DNA from: Candidatus Staskawiczbacteria bacterium
GTDB lineage: Bacteria > Patescibacteriota > Minisyncoccia > Minisyncoccales > Staskawiczbacteraceae
DNA: 64,000 bases
Assembly (NCBI GenBank): GCA_026395175.1
Contig: JAPLZF010000019.1
Coordinates: 3,115 to 67,114, forward strand
Direction: 5' to 3'
Below the pieces are notes generated by a model that was not told the DNA's origin, did no database searches, and was given only the letters and a program-made list of their open reading frames with translations. The position numbers and the translations under genes are program-made. The number at the start of each line of letters is the position of its first letter. The first letter of the stretch is position 1. Positions 36,189 through 46,372 of the stretch are shown in pieces.

Positions 36189-38402
36189 ATGATTTCGCTG
36201 AGTACAAAAGTTGAGGAAATACCGAAGATTGGAACGGTTTATGCAAAAAGATTGAAAAAGTTCGGCATAAAAACAGTGCAGGACCTGCTTTTTTATTTCC
36301 CGGCAAGATACGACGACTTTTCAGAAATAATTTCAATTAGTCGGGCCCGCCAAAGGTTAAACGATGTTGTTTGCGTGCAGGGGCAAATTACAGAAATTGA
36401 AAATTCTAATAGTTTTAAAAAGTTTATGTCGCTTACAGAAGCGACAATTCAAGATAATAGCGGAGAAATAAAAATTATTTGGTTTAACCAGCCATATTTG
36501 TCAAAAAATTTAAAAGAAGATGATTTTGTGTGCTTGGCGGGAAAAATAAGCTTGGGAAAAGATGGAGTTTATTTTAACAGCCCAAGCTATGAAAGAATAA
36601 ATGAAATTGGAGAAAATGAAGAGCTGACTCACACGGGCAGAATTGTGCCGGTTTATTCAGAAACAAAAGGTGTGACGAGCCGCTGGCTAAGATATGTAAT
36701 AAAACCTTTGCTTTATCGCTTTTGCGAACAAATTCAGGAATCTTTGCCAGAAGAAATTATTAAAAAATACAAATTTTTGCCAATACAAGAAGCTGTTTGG
36801 CAATTGCATTTTCCAAATTCTTTTGAGCACGCAGACGCAGCCAAAGCCCGCTTTTCTTTTGAAGAATTATTTTTAATCCAACTTAATGTTTTAAAAGAAA
36901 AAATAAAGTTGATGGTAAAAAAAGCTCATGCCTGCCCAATGGATTCAGATTTAATGAAAAGTTTTACCGATTCTTTGCCATTTTGCCTGACAGACTCGCA
37001 AAAAAAATGCGCATATGCAATTTTAAAGGATTTAGAAAAAACAGTTCCAATGTCCCGGCTTTTAGAGGGTGATGTTGGCTCTGGAAAAACTGTTGTCGCC
37101 ACGTTGGCGACACTGAACGTAGTGAAGTGTGGCCACCAAGTAGCCCTCATGGCACCAACGGAAATTTTGGCAAAACAACATTTTAAAACCGTTTCAGAAT
37201 TGTTAAAAGATTTTGACGTAAAAATTGGAATGCTGACTGGTAAAGATGCAAGAATTTTTAAAGAACAAAACACATATGAGGTTTCTAAAAAAAGTTTTCT
37301 TGGAGACTTGGAAAACGGGCAAATTGATATTGCTATCGGCACACATTCATTAATTCAAAAAGGAGTAGATTTTAAAGATTTGGCTTTGGTAATTTTAGAC
37401 GAACAGCACCGTTTTGGAGTAGAGCAAAGAGACCATTTAATAAAAAACAAAAAACTGGTTCCACATTTGCTTTCAATGACAGCAACTCCAATTCCAAGAA
37501 CTTTGGCTTTGACAGCTTATGGCGACTTAGATTTGTCTTTAATTGACGAAATGCCAGCCAACAGAAAAAAAGTAAAAACAATTATTGTTGAACCTAGCCA
37601 AAGAAAAGAAGCTTACAATTTTATTGACAAAGAAGTTAAAGAAGGCAAAGGAGTTTTTGTTATTTTCCCAAAAATTGACTCTGCGGCGACAAAACAAAAA
37701 GAATTGGAAGCAAAAGGACGTCCGACATCCCGCGGGATGTCGGACGTCCCAATAACTGGTTCTTTTGTGCCACAAAATTATGGCCCAATGTCTTTAGCGT
37801 CTTTAGCGGTCAACGAAGTTAAAGCTCTAAAAGAAGAATATGAAAAATTATCAAAAGAAGTTTTTCCCGATTTAAGAATTACAATGCTACACGGGAAAAT
37901 GAAGGCGCCTGAAAAAGAAAGAATAATGCTGGACTTTAAAAAAGGAGAAATTGATATTTTGCTTTCAACTTCTGTTGTTGAAGTTGGAGTTGATGTTCCA
38001 CGAGCAACTATAATGATGATTGAGGGAGCCGAGCGTTTTGGGCTGTCCCAGCTTCACCAGTTCAGAGGACGTGTTGGAAGGTCAGATATGCAGTCTTATT
38101 GCTTTTTGTTCACCACAGACCCAAGTATGCTTAATAGAAAGCGCCTAAAAGCCTTGGTTGAGTCAAACAACGGGTTTGAGCTTGCCGAAAAAGATTTAGA
38201 AATTAGGGGCCCGGGTAGTTTATATGGCACTCAGCAATGGGGAATTCCCGACATGGCAATGCAAGGCTTAACAAACATATTTTTAGTTGAAAAAACTCGC
38301 GCCGCCGCCAAAGAGCTTTTAGAAAAAGATCCTTCTTTGGAAAAACATCCTCAATTGAAAGAGCGCTTAAAAGAATTTGAAAAGCGCATCCACTTTGAGT
38401 AA
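36189..38402 (+). CDS. recG: ATP-dependent DNA helicase RecG
   Basis: wedge domain, helicase motifs GDVGSGKT, DEQHRFG, SMTATPIPRT, QLHQFRGRVGRS; start moved to MISLSTKVEE. Confidence 0.93.
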   Translation: MISLSTKVEEIPKIGTVYAKRLKKFGIKTVQDLLFYFPARYDDFSEIISISRARQRLNDVVCVQGQITEIENSNSFKKFMSLTEATIQDNSGEIKIIWFNQPYLSKNLKEDDFVCLAGKISLGKDGVYFNSPSYERINEIGENEELTHTGRIVPVYSETKGVTSRWLRYVIKPLLYRFCEQIQESLPEEIIKKYKFLPIQEAVWQLHFPNSFEHADAAKARFSFEELFLIQLNVLKEKIKLMVKKAHACPMDSDLMKSFTDSLPFCLTDSQKKCAYAILKDLEKTVPMSRLLEGDVGSGKTVVATLATLNVVKCGHQVALMAPTEILAKQHFKTVSELLKDFDVKIGMLTGKDARIFKEQNTYEVSKKSFLGDLENGQIDIAIGTHSLIQKGVDFKDLALVILDEQHRFGVEQRDHLIKNKKLVPHLLSMTATPIPRTLALTAYGDLDLSLIDEMPANRKKVKTIIVEPSQRKEAYNFIDKEVKEGKGVFVIFPKIDSAATKQKELEAKGRPTSRGMSDVPITGSFVPQNYGPMSLASLAVNEVKALKEEYEKLSKEVFPDLRITMLHGKMKAPEKERIMLDFKKGEIDILLSTSVVEVGVDVPRATIMMIEGAERFGLSQLHQFRGRVGRSDMQSYCFLFTTDPSMLNRKRLKALVESNNGFELAEKDLEIRGPGSLYGTQQWGIPDMAMQGLTNIFLVEKTRAAAKELLEKDPSLEKHPQLKERLKEFEKRIHFE
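37716..37750. repeat. GC-rich palindrome family 1 doublet inside recG
   Basis: GGACGTCCGACATCCCGCGGGATGTCGGACGTCCC; encodes GRPTSRGMSDVP in frame. Confidence 0.9.
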
Positions 38403-38483
38403 TTAAAAAACCGCCTCTCGGCGATTTTTTAATTTATTTTTATTTTAGTTTACCCCCCCGCAAGCTGTTTGTCAACAGCACAA

Positions 38484-38505
38484 ACAAAAAACCGGCTTAC
38501 GCCGG
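38484..38505 (-). terminator. Hairpin CCGGC-ttac-GCCGG with T-run on minus strand
   Basis: downstream of the 38542..38886 ORF. Confidence 0.5.
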
Positions 38506-38541
38506 AATTCATTTAAAAAATAATTATTTTTATTTTTTTAT

Positions 38542-38886
38542 TTAAAACACACTGGATTTAGAAATTTGTACTACCTCTTCGTCCGTTAAAATTTTATTCC
38601 TCCTTAAAGCATCATTATGAATTTCCAAAACTTTTTTCTGTCTTTTATCTTGAGCGTCTTTAACTACTTTTTCGTCTTTCAAAGATTTCAGTTCATCCAA
38701 TATTTTATCTAATTTTGACAAAGATGTATTTTTAAATTTATTAAAATCTTTTTTTACCACAAATGTTTCATGCAAATAAGGAAACAAAATTTCCTTATCA
38801 TATTCAATAAGTCCATCTAGTGTCAAGGGAGTTTTTTTATTTTTTGCCATACCTTTATTGTTTATAGTCTTATTATAATCTTTCAA
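38542..38886 (-). CDS. Hypothetical protein (114 aa)
   Basis: ORF only; Lys-rich, no motif recognised. Confidence 0.35.
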   Translation of the reverse strand: MKDYNKTINNKGMAKNKKTPLTLDGLIEYDKEILFPYLHETFVVKKDFNKFKNTSLSKLDKILDELKSLKDEKVVKDAQDKRQKKVLEIHNDALRRNKILTDEEVVQISKSSVF

Positions 38887-38903
38887 AAGTGCTTGTCAAA
38901 TTT

Positions 38904-40442
38904 TTATTTGCGGATTTTTTCGGTTACCCAAAATCCCATGTATTTGCCCAGCATTAAGCGTATTTGAGCGTCTAAGGCCGGCAAAGAACCAAATAAAATT
39001 AAGGTAACCGGCAAAAATACCCACTGCACAAAAACAGTGGATTTTTTAAACCACCTTACATACCATTTCATAGTTTTTGGAACCGGTGGCAAAAGCATTG
39101 TGCTTAAAATTGCCGACACAAACATTCCGGTCATCCCAACAGTCATAATTTGGCCGGTTAGAATTGGCAGGTTAAAAGACAAAACCGTAAAGTTGAATTT
39201 TTGTCCGCCCAAAAGTATTGGCAACCAGCCCAGCAAAAACATTAAAAGAGCTGCTGTTGCCCAAGACCAATATCCGTCTAGAATTGTAAAAAGATGCCCT
39301 GCTTTATGCCAAACGGCTATTTTCTTATTGTTTAAAAATCCAAACATTATATAAGGAATTTCGGCGCATCCCCAAGCCCAGCGTTTTTGCTGTGTGTATT
39401 GATTTAAAGCTGTACGCCAAAAACTTTTTGCTTGCACAGCATCCATAGAAACCAAATAATAAATGGGCACAACCCGGTAATTTCCGTCATAATATAAATA
39501 TGCCCGCCAAAAAATTCGCGAGTCGTCCTGCACAACATTTGCAGGATATCCAACTTCAAAAAAAACTTTAGCCGGGGTTGAATGTGAAGAATAGGTTGTG
39601 AGTTTTTCTGCCCTTTCCTGCTGAATCATTTGCCAAAAAGTGTTTGAAGTTGAGACAACTCGGGAAAAAAAGTTAGCCGACCAGATATTATTATTATAAA
39701 CCGGCACCGGCTGATAGCTGGCTTTCTCGGGATTTTTTTCTGTTAAATAATACCACGTCAAACAGGCAAAATATTGAGGGAAAATTTTTGTATCAATGTC
39801 AAAAGTTGAAATTAGAATATTTTCGTAAGGAATTTTTAGTTGGTCAATAATTTTTTCTTTCACTTCTTTCCCGGCATATGCAGTGTTTGACCCCTTACCT
39901 CCAATTTCTCCCGCAACATTGTCCGGATGAACAAAAACTAAAAATTTATAAAATTTGCCGGAATATTTTTTTGCAATATTGTTGGCTTGTTCTTCAAAAA
40001 TTTTTCCTGCCCGAGCCTCTACAGCCAAAACAACAATCATTTTTTCTTTAGGATAGTCCGATTCTATTAGGGTTTCTATGCTTTCTTCAATAATTTCTTT
40101 TCCCTCTTTGTATGTCGGCAGAATAATTACATGATAAATATTTTTCCAATCTTTGCCTTTTAATTCTTTCAACCAATTTCTTTTCATGTGGCTTTTCACT
40201 CTGAAATATCCGACAATCTGCTGTATAGAAAAATAAAATATTCTGAAAAGGTAATAAAAGCAGAAGCAAATAATGAATATTGCCACATAGCTTGGTAGCA
40301 TCCACGAAAAAATAAGCACGCCAAAAAGCGTGCCTAAGCTTAAAAATGCAGGGATTATTTCAAAAAATCTATATAGCCGCCTCTCTTTAGAATTTTTCAA
40401 ATCCGAAGCTTTTGAGATATCTAAATAGTCTTTTTTATCCAT
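38904..40442 (-). CDS. Membrane-embedded family 2 glycosyltransferase (processive, cellulose/chitin-synthase-like)
   Basis: 512-aa ORF; N- and C-terminal TM helices, ILPTYKEG, QDDSRIFWRA and QQKRWAWG (QxxRW) motifs. Confidence 0.75.
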   Translation of the reverse strand: MDKKDYLDISKASDLKNSKERRLYRFFEIIPAFLSLGTLFGVLIFSWMLPSYVAIFIICFCFYYLFRIFYFSIQQIVGYFRVKSHMKRNWLKELKGKDWKNIYHVIILPTYKEGKEIIEESIETLIESDYPKEKMIVVLAVEARAGKIFEEQANNIAKKYSGKFYKFLVFVHPDNVAGEIGGKGSNTAYAGKEVKEKIIDQLKIPYENILISTFDIDTKIFPQYFACLTWYYLTEKNPEKASYQPVPVYNNNIWSANFFSRVVSTSNTFWQMIQQERAEKLTTYSSHSTPAKVFFEVGYPANVVQDDSRIFWRAYLYYDGNYRVVPIYYLVSMDAVQAKSFWRTALNQYTQQKRWAWGCAEIPYIMFGFLNNKKIAVWHKAGHLFTILDGYWSWATAALLMFLLGWLPILLGGQKFNFTVLSFNLPILTGQIMTVGMTGMFVSAILSTMLLPPVPKTMKWYVRWFKKSTVFVQWVFLPVTLILFGSLPALDAQIRLMLGKYMGFWVTEKIRK

Positions 40443-40453
40443 AGAAATAAATG

Positions 40454-40528
40454 TGGCCCTACCGGGATTTGAACCCGGGTTCTCAGCTTGAAAAGCTGGT
40501 GTCCTAGACCAGGCTAGACGATAGGGCC
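40454..40528 (-). tRNA. tRNA-Glu (anticodon UUC)
   Basis: GGCCCTATCGTCTAGCCTGGTCTAGGACACCAGCTTTTCAAGCTGA...; loop TTTTCAA. Confidence 0.85.
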
Positions 40529-40590
40529 ATTTACTTCTATATCCTACATCAAAAATTGATTTTTTTCAAGTTTTAGGTTAAAAACAACAT

Positions 40591-41775
40591 ATGAAAATAC
40601 TTGCCATAGAAACATCCTGCGACGACACGGGAATTGCCATTTTGGAGGTCTCAAAGACTGGAGATTTTGCTGTTAAGGCAAATGTTATTGCTTCACAAGT
40701 AAAAATTGGCAAAAAATACGGCGGAGTTTATCCAATGATGGCAAAACGCGAGCACCAAAAAAATATTCTGCCGGCCTTAATTAGCGCTTTGGAAAAAGCC
40801 AGGATGCTGAAAAAACCCGACAAAAGCCCAAAGGAGCATTTTGACGGGCCCGCCACAATCTCGCTAGAAGCGAGTTTGGGCGCGGTTTTAGAGAGAGAAC
40901 CGGAGTTGCTGAAAAAAATAATTCCATTCTTTAAGAAATATGAAAAACCAGATGTAGATTTAATTTCTGTCACAAATGGACCCGGTTTAGAGCCGTGTTT
41001 GTGGGTTGGAATAAATTTTGCAAAATGTTTGTCTTACTTTTGGAATATTCCGATTGTGCCGGTAAATCATACTGAATCTCACATTTTGGTAAATACTTTA
41101 GAAAATAAAAATATTAAATTCCCTGCCATTGCCTTAGTTGTTTCTGGCGGGCATACGCAAATTATTTTAGTGAAAGGCAAACCCCACTTCGCTAAAGCTT
41201 CGCGGGGCGCGTACAAAATTTTGGGTGAAACCAGAGACGATGCAGCAGGAGAATGCTTTGACAAATGCGCAAAAATTTTAGGTTTAGGCTACCCTGGCGG
41301 ACCAATTATTTCCAAATTAGCAGTAAAGTCGGTGGGATGTCGGACGTCCCACCGACTTCCGAGACCAATGATGGGCTCGGGTGATTATGATTTTAGTTTT
41401 TCAGGGCTGAAAACAGCTGTTTTGTATCAAGTGAAGAAAGACAAGAACAATTCTATGGAATTGTTCAATAAAGAATATAAAATGAAAATGGCGGCAGAAA
41501 TTCAGCAGGCAATAATTGATGTCTTAATTAAAAAAACAATAAAAGCCGGCACAGATTATAAAGCAAAAACAATAATTCTTGGAGGGGGAGTTTCTGCAAA
41601 CCAAGAATTAAGAAAACAATTTCTAGAATTTTCCAACGAATTTAAAATAATTTTTCCAAAACCAGAATTATCAACCGACAACGGTTTAATGATTGCTATT
41701 GCCGGGTTTTATCACAAAAATAAAATTACAAATTGGAAAAAGATATCTGCCAACGGCAATTTACGAATAAACTAA
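40591..41775 (+). CDS. tsaD: tRNA N6-adenosine threonylcarbamoyltransferase TsaD (with lineage-specific inserts)
   Basis: MKILAIETSCDDTGIAIL, VSGGHTQ, DDAAGECFDK, GGVSAN motifs; 394 aa versus about 340 typical. Confidence 0.92.
   Translation: MKILAIETSCDDTGIAILEVSKTGDFAVKANVIASQVKIGKKYGGVYPMMAKREHQKNILPALISALEKARMLKKPDKSPKEHFDGPATISLEASLGAVLEREPELLKKIIPFFKKYEKPDVDLISVTNGPGLEPCLWVGINFAKCLSYFWNIPIVPVNHTESHILVNTLENKNIKFPAIALVVSGGHTQIILVKGKPHFAKASRGAYKILGETRDDAAGECFDKCAKILGLGYPGGPIISKLAVKSVGCRTSHRLPRPMMGSGDYDFSFSGLKTAVLYQVKKDKNNSMELFNKEYKMKMAAEIQQAIIDVLIKKTIKAGTDYKAKTIILGGGVSANQELRKQFLEFSNEFKIIFPKPELSTDNGLMIAIAGFYHKNKITNWKKISANGNLRIN
41328..41356. repeat. GC-rich palindrome family 1 single unit inside tsaD
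   Basis: GTCGGTGGGATGTCGGACGTCCCACCGAC; encodes SVGCRTSHRLP in frame. Confidence 0.9.
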
Positions 41776-41796
41776 AAAATGTTAAGATAATTAAAT

Positions 41797-43863
41797 ATGG
41801 AACTGCCTTCTCAATACAACGCAAAAGAGGTTGAGGATAAAATTTACCAGCTTTGGGAAAAAAGCGGTTTTTTTAATCCCGACAATTTACCCACCCGCCA
41901 CAAAAAACCGTTTTGCATAATAATGCCTCCGCCAAATTCTAATGGCAGTCTGCACATTGGACACGCGCTTTTTGTGACTTTAGAAGATGTAATGACAAGA
42001 TACCAAAGAATGCAAGGGAAAAAAGCTTTGTGGCTACCGGGAGCCGACCACGCTGGTTTTGAAACCCAGGTTGTTTATGACAAAAAGTTGGAAAAGGAAG
42101 GCAGAAATAGATTTCAAATTCCAAAAGACCAATTATATCAAGAAATTTTGGAATTTACTTTGGCAAATAAAAAAGTGATGGAGCGCCAACTAAAAAAATT
42201 AGGAGCTTCCTGTGACTGGTCGCGTGAAAAATTTACCTTAGATGAGAATATAATAAAAGTTGTTTATGAAACTTTTGAAAAATTAAAAAAAGACGAATTG
42301 GTTTACAAGGGAAAAAGAATTGTAAACTGGTGCGTAAAACACCAGACTTCCCTTTCAGAATTGGAATTAAAATATGAAGACAGAACAAGCCCTCTTTATT
42401 ATATAAAATATCCCTTTTCAGATAAAAATGGCTTTTTAATCGTTGCCACAACAAGGCCTGAAACAATGCTGGGAGACACAGCTGTTGCTGTTAATCCAAA
42501 AGATGAGAAGTATAAGGGTTTAATTGGCAGAAAAATTATTTTGCCTCTGACGGGCAGGGAAATTGAGATTATTTCAGATGATGCAATTGATAAGGAATTC
42601 GGCACGGGAGCTGTAAAAGTGACACCGGCTCACGACATGGTTGATTTTGAAATAGGACAAAAGCATAAATTAGAAACAATTCAAATTATCAGCAACAGAG
42701 GAAAAATTATAAATTCGCCAGAAAAATATAACGGACTGAATGTTGAAGAAGCAAGAAAAAAAATAGTTGAAGATTTGCAGGCTGAAGGATTGCTGGAAAA
42801 AGTTGATTCTGATTATAAAAACCGGGTTAGTTTATGCTATAAGTGCGCAAGAGTGATAGAACCAATGCCTTTAGACAACCAATGGTTTGTGAGAATGACT
42901 GCCAAACCGAAATCTGGAAAATTATCTTTGAGAGATTCTGCAGTAAAAGCAGTAAAAGATAAAAAAATTGTTTTTGTTCCCAAAAGAATGGAAAAAATAT
43001 TTTTGCACTGGATGAAAAATCTGCGGGACTGGAACATTTCCAGGCAGATTACCTGGGGAATTCCAATTCCGGGCGACGAAAACGGCCAGGTTTTTGATAC
43101 TTGGTTTTCATCCGGGCAATGGCCGTTTGCTACTTTAAAATCAACAAAAAAAGGCGACTTTGAAAAATTTTATCCGACAGATGTAATGGAAACCGGCTGG
43201 GACATTTTATTTTTCTGGGTAGCCCGTATGACTATGCTTGGCATTTATGCAACAGGAGAAGTTCCTTTTAAAAATGTTTATTTGCACGGATTAGTTCGCG
43301 ATAAAGACAAACAAAAAATGTCAAAATCTAAGGGAAATGTTATTGACCCCTTGGGAGTTATGGATATTTATGGCACAGATGCTTTGAGAATGGCGCTGGT
43401 TGTTGGCAACACTCCGGGGAATGACTTGGCAATATCGGAAGAAAAAATAAAAGGATACAGAAATTTTGCCACAAAAATTTGGAATGCAAGCCGGTTTGTA
43501 ATGATGCAAACCGGAAATTCGAAATTCGAAATCCGAAATCCGAAACAAACTCTAAATTCTAAAGACAAAAAATTAATAAAAGATTTTAAAAAAATTGCAA
43601 AAGAAGTCACAAAAGAAATGGACGAATTTAAATTTTACGTAGCCTCTGAAAAAATTTACCATTATTTTTGGCACACATTCTGTGATAAAATTATTGAAGA
43701 TTATAAAGAAAAAAGGGTAAGCCAATATGTTTTGCTAACTTTGCTTTCTGAATCGTTAAAGCTTTTGCATCCTTTTATGCCTTTTGTAACCGAAGAAATC
43801 TACCAGCAATTGCCCATCAAAAAGAAACAGAAATGTTTGATGGTTGAAAGCTGGCCGAAATAA
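41797..43863 (+). CDS. valS: Valine--tRNA ligase (short form lacking C-terminal coiled coil)
   Basis: 688-aa ORF; PPPNSNGSLHIGHA (HIGH) and KMSKSKGN (KMSKS) motifs, ValRS-type N-terminus. Confidence 0.9.
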   Translation: MELPSQYNAKEVEDKIYQLWEKSGFFNPDNLPTRHKKPFCIIMPPPNSNGSLHIGHALFVTLEDVMTRYQRMQGKKALWLPGADHAGFETQVVYDKKLEKEGRNRFQIPKDQLYQEILEFTLANKKVMERQLKKLGASCDWSREKFTLDENIIKVVYETFEKLKKDELVYKGKRIVNWCVKHQTSLSELELKYEDRTSPLYYIKYPFSDKNGFLIVATTRPETMLGDTAVAVNPKDEKYKGLIGRKIILPLTGREIEIISDDAIDKEFGTGAVKVTPAHDMVDFEIGQKHKLETIQIISNRGKIINSPEKYNGLNVEEARKKIVEDLQAEGLLEKVDSDYKNRVSLCYKCARVIEPMPLDNQWFVRMTAKPKSGKLSLRDSAVKAVKDKKIVFVPKRMEKIFLHWMKNLRDWNISRQITWGIPIPGDENGQVFDTWFSSGQWPFATLKSTKKGDFEKFYPTDVMETGWDILFFWVARMTMLGIYATGEVPFKNVYLHGLVRDKDKQKMSKSKGNVIDPLGVMDIYGTDALRMALVVGNTPGNDLAISEEKIKGYRNFATKIWNASRFVMMQTGNSKFEIRNPKQTLNSKDKKLIKDFKKIAKEVTKEMDEFKFYVASEKIYHYFWHTFCDKIIEDYKEKRVSQYVLLTLLSESLKLLHPFMPFVTEEIYQQLPIKKKQKCLMVESWPK
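43514..43546. repeat. Heptanucleotide tandem repeat (GAAATTC x2, GAAATCC x2) inside valS
   Basis: read directly; reverse complement of the pilD repeat unit; encodes NSKFEIRNPKQ. Confidence 0.85.
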
Positions 43864-43868
43864 ATAAA

Positions 43869-44600
43869 ATGGACTACAGCATAATAGTTTATATAATTTT
43901 CGGCGTATTGCCCAGCCTGATTTGGCTTGGTTATTACCTAAGAAAAGACGCTCATCCAGAACCAAAAAAAATGATAGTAAGGATATTTTTGTGGGGAGCA
44001 TTGATAACTTTGCCGGTATTTTTGGTGCAGATAGGATTAAAATTTCTTTTAGATAAAATAAGTATTGATTTGTTTATTTATGATTTGATATACTGGTTTT
44101 TAATAATAGCTTTTTCGGAAGAATTTTTTAAATATTTGGTGATAAAAATAAAAGTAGTCAACAGCCCGCATTTGGACGAACCGCTGGACATAATGCTTTA
44201 CATGGTGGTTGCAGCTTTGGGTTTTGCAGCAGTTGAAAATATTTTATATCTTTTTTCTCCATCCGGGCAAATGTCTTTCAACCAATTGGTGAACAGGGCT
44301 TTAGTTATAGATATTGTGAGATTCATCGGCGCCACATTTTTGCACACTTTATGCTCGGCAGTCATCGGCTACTCACTGGCAATTTCCTTTTGCGAGGTAA
44401 AAACAAAGTATATATCCGCTGTTTTTGGCATATTTGTAGCCGTGCTCTTGCATGGCCTGTATGATTTCTCTATAATAAAGTTAAGCGGATATGCAAAATT
44501 TGCTATTCCTGTAATTATCATACTAACGCTTGCTTTCCTTGTTTTTTCAGGGTTTAATAAATTAAAGAAGATGAAAAGCATTTGCAAATTAAATAATTAA
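43869..44600 (+). CDS. PrsW-family intramembrane metalloprotease
   Basis: 243-aa polytopic ORF; EEFFKY and HGLYD motifs. Confidence 0.8.
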   Translation: MDYSIIVYIIFGVLPSLIWLGYYLRKDAHPEPKKMIVRIFLWGALITLPVFLVQIGLKFLLDKISIDLFIYDLIYWFLIIAFSEEFFKYLVIKIKVVNSPHLDEPLDIMLYMVVAALGFAAVENILYLFSPSGQMSFNQLVNRALVIDIVRFIGATFLHTLCSAVIGYSLAISFCEVKTKYISAVFGIFVAVLLHGLYDFSIIKLSGYAKFAIPVIIILTLAFLVFSGFNKLKKMKSICKLNN

Positions 44601-44611
44601 AAAATAAAAAA

Positions 44612-45100
44612 ATGGCAAGAAAAACAAAACAAGCAAAATTAGAAGAAAGGGTAGAAGAAGTAATTATACCGCCCGAACCAGAAAACATAGAAAAAGACGA
44701 GCCCGTTACTCAGAGCACTTTTGCCACAGCCGAGGCGAGCAAAGATAAACCGGCTAGCGGAATTTTTGACGAAGTTGGCGAGCTTGTTGTAGATGTTTTT
44801 GAAACAAGCGCTGATTTTGTGGTGTCAGCTGCAATTGCCGGCATACAAATAAAAGATTTGGATATTTCTCTTGAAAAAGATATGATGGTAATTAAAGGCG
44901 ACAGATGCAACCCACACTCAGACCCTGACAAAAAATATTTCTACCAGGAATGCTATTGGGGCCCGTTTTCCAGAAAAATTATTTTGCCCGAAAACATTGA
45001 CATAGACAAAGCAGATGCCCAAATTGACAAGGGAATTCTGACAGTTAAAATTCCAAAAAATGAACCCAGCAACGGCAAAATTGGAGTAAAAATTTCTTAG
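44612..45100 (+). CDS. Hsp20/alpha-crystallin family small heat-shock protein
   Basis: 162-aa ORF; alpha-crystallin domain with C-terminal GILTVKIPK. Confidence 0.85.
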   Translation: MARKTKQAKLEERVEEVIIPPEPENIEKDEPVTQSTFATAEASKDKPASGIFDEVGELVVDVFETSADFVVSAAIAGIQIKDLDISLEKDMMVIKGDRCNPHSDPDKKYFYQECYWGPFSRKIILPENIDIDKADAQIDKGILTVKIPKNEPSNGKIGVKIS

Positions 45101-45104
45101 TCGT

Positions 45105-45144
45105 CACAAAAACAAAAACTGCCTTAAGGCAGTTTTTGTTTTTG
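45105..45144. terminator. Bidirectional hairpin terminator between hsp20 and tRNA-Leu
   Basis: CACAAAAACAAAAACTGCC-ttaa-GGCAGTTTTTGTTTTTGTG perfect 19-bp stem. Confidence 0.75.
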
Positions 45145-45226
45145 TGCTCCCGAGAGGACTCGAACCTCTAACCCTTGCGGGACTGCGTCCTAAGCGCAGT
45201 GCGTATTCCAATTCCGCCACGGGAGC
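45145..45226 (-). tRNA. tRNA-Leu (anticodon UAG)
   Basis: acceptor GCTCCCG/CGGGAGC; anticodon stem CTGCG/CGCAG loop CTTAGGA; long variable arm. Confidence 0.9.
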
Positions 45227-45315
45227 ATAATAATGCTATCTTCGAGTATAACAAAAAATGGCGAAAAAAACCAGTTTCCGCCATTTTAAAATCCTACTAT
45301 TAAAAAGCATTTAAT

Positions 45316-45624
45316 TTAGAGAGAAGCAGGAATACCGAATGTGGTTCTCACAAGCGAGATGGCAACGCCAGACAATACTATTAACAATGTTCCAATAACA
45401 GCTGCTATCAAGGCCTTTTTGGCAGTTCCCGTTTTTTCTGGGCTACCGGCTGAAGTAAGATATAAAATTCCGGCAATAACCCAGCCAACAACTATAAGTG
45501 GCACGCCTACATTAACGACAGCCGTTTGAACCGAGCCTGCTATACTCCCGACATCTGCTGCATATGCGAAGCCAGGCAATACTAAAATTCCTAATAATAC
45601 TAAAAATAGCGTTTTCTTATTCAT
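45316..45624 (-). CDS. VirB2/TrbC-like (T4SS-pilin-like) small membrane protein, paralog a
   Basis: signal peptide MNKKTLFLVLLGILVLPGFAYA then two TM helices joined by LTSAGSPEKTGTAKKA loop. Confidence 0.6.
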   Translation of the reverse strand: MNKKTLFLVLLGILVLPGFAYAADVGSIAGSVQTAVVNVGVPLIVVGWVIAGILYLTSAGSPEKTGTAKKALIAAVIGTLLIVLSGVAISLVRTTFGIPASL

Positions 45625-45649
45625 ATATTTTTATCTATAAAATTATACA

Positions 45650-45997
45650 TTAAAGACCGAAAGAATTTGCCACAAATGACATGGCCCCATTAGCTAAAAT
45701 AATTAAAATTGTGCCTCCTATTGCCGAAAACAGAGCTATTTTAGCAGAATTTAATTTACTAGGGTCTCCTTGGGCTATCAAAAACAGAATGCCTGTCATA
45801 ACCCACATAATGACAACTATCCAAGTACCCACAATAACAACCACTCCCGCGATAGCTTGAGCCATACCTCCAACAGTTGCTCCACCGCCCCCGCTCCCAC
45901 CGCCGGAACAGGGAACATCACCGCATGGTCCTGCCAATGCTAAAGTAGGTGAAGCTAAAACAACCAATAAAATTAAAAATAATATTTTTTTATTCAT
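45650..45997 (-). CDS. VirB2/TrbC-like small membrane protein, paralog b (Gly-rich insert)
   Basis: same architecture; loop IAQGDPSKLNSAKIA. Confidence 0.55.
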   Translation of the reverse strand: MNKKILFLILLVVLASPTLALAGPCGDVPCSGGGSGGGGATVGGMAQAIAGVVVIVGTWIVVIMWVMTGILFLIAQGDPSKLNSAKIALFSAIGGTILIILANGAMSFVANSFGL

Positions 45998-46008
45998 ATT
46001 CTTATTTT

Positions 46009-46311
46009 CTAAGTTAATGCGGTAGTTACGATATTAATTATTGAAAAAGCTAATATAGCAACTATTATTCCTGCTATTCCCCATATTAAAGATGCTCTTG
46101 CTGTGCCAAGTTTTTCTGGAGCTCCTCCGGCAGTTAAAAACATAATACCAGCTATTATAAAACAAATAACGGCAATGCCTGTAAATACTACCCAAACAAC
46201 GTTTGCAACTGCCACGCTCAATGTTTGTATACTGTTAACCAAAGCGTGTGCTGTAATTGGCAATGTAAAAACCACTGCCAAAAGAACCAAAAATGCTGTT
46301 TTTTTATTCAT
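46009..46311 (-). CDS. VirB2/TrbC-like small membrane protein, paralog c
   Basis: same architecture; loop LTAGGAPEKLGTARAS. Confidence 0.6.
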   Translation of the reverse strand: MNKKTAFLVLLAVVFTLPITAHALVNSIQTLSVAVANVVWVVFTGIAVICFIIAGIMFLTAGGAPEKLGTARASLIWGIAGIIVAILAFSIINIVTTALT

Positions 46312-46372
46312 AAACAGGATTTTAGTTTTGCTCCGCCCGAAAGCGGAGCAAAACTAAATATATATGATTTGC

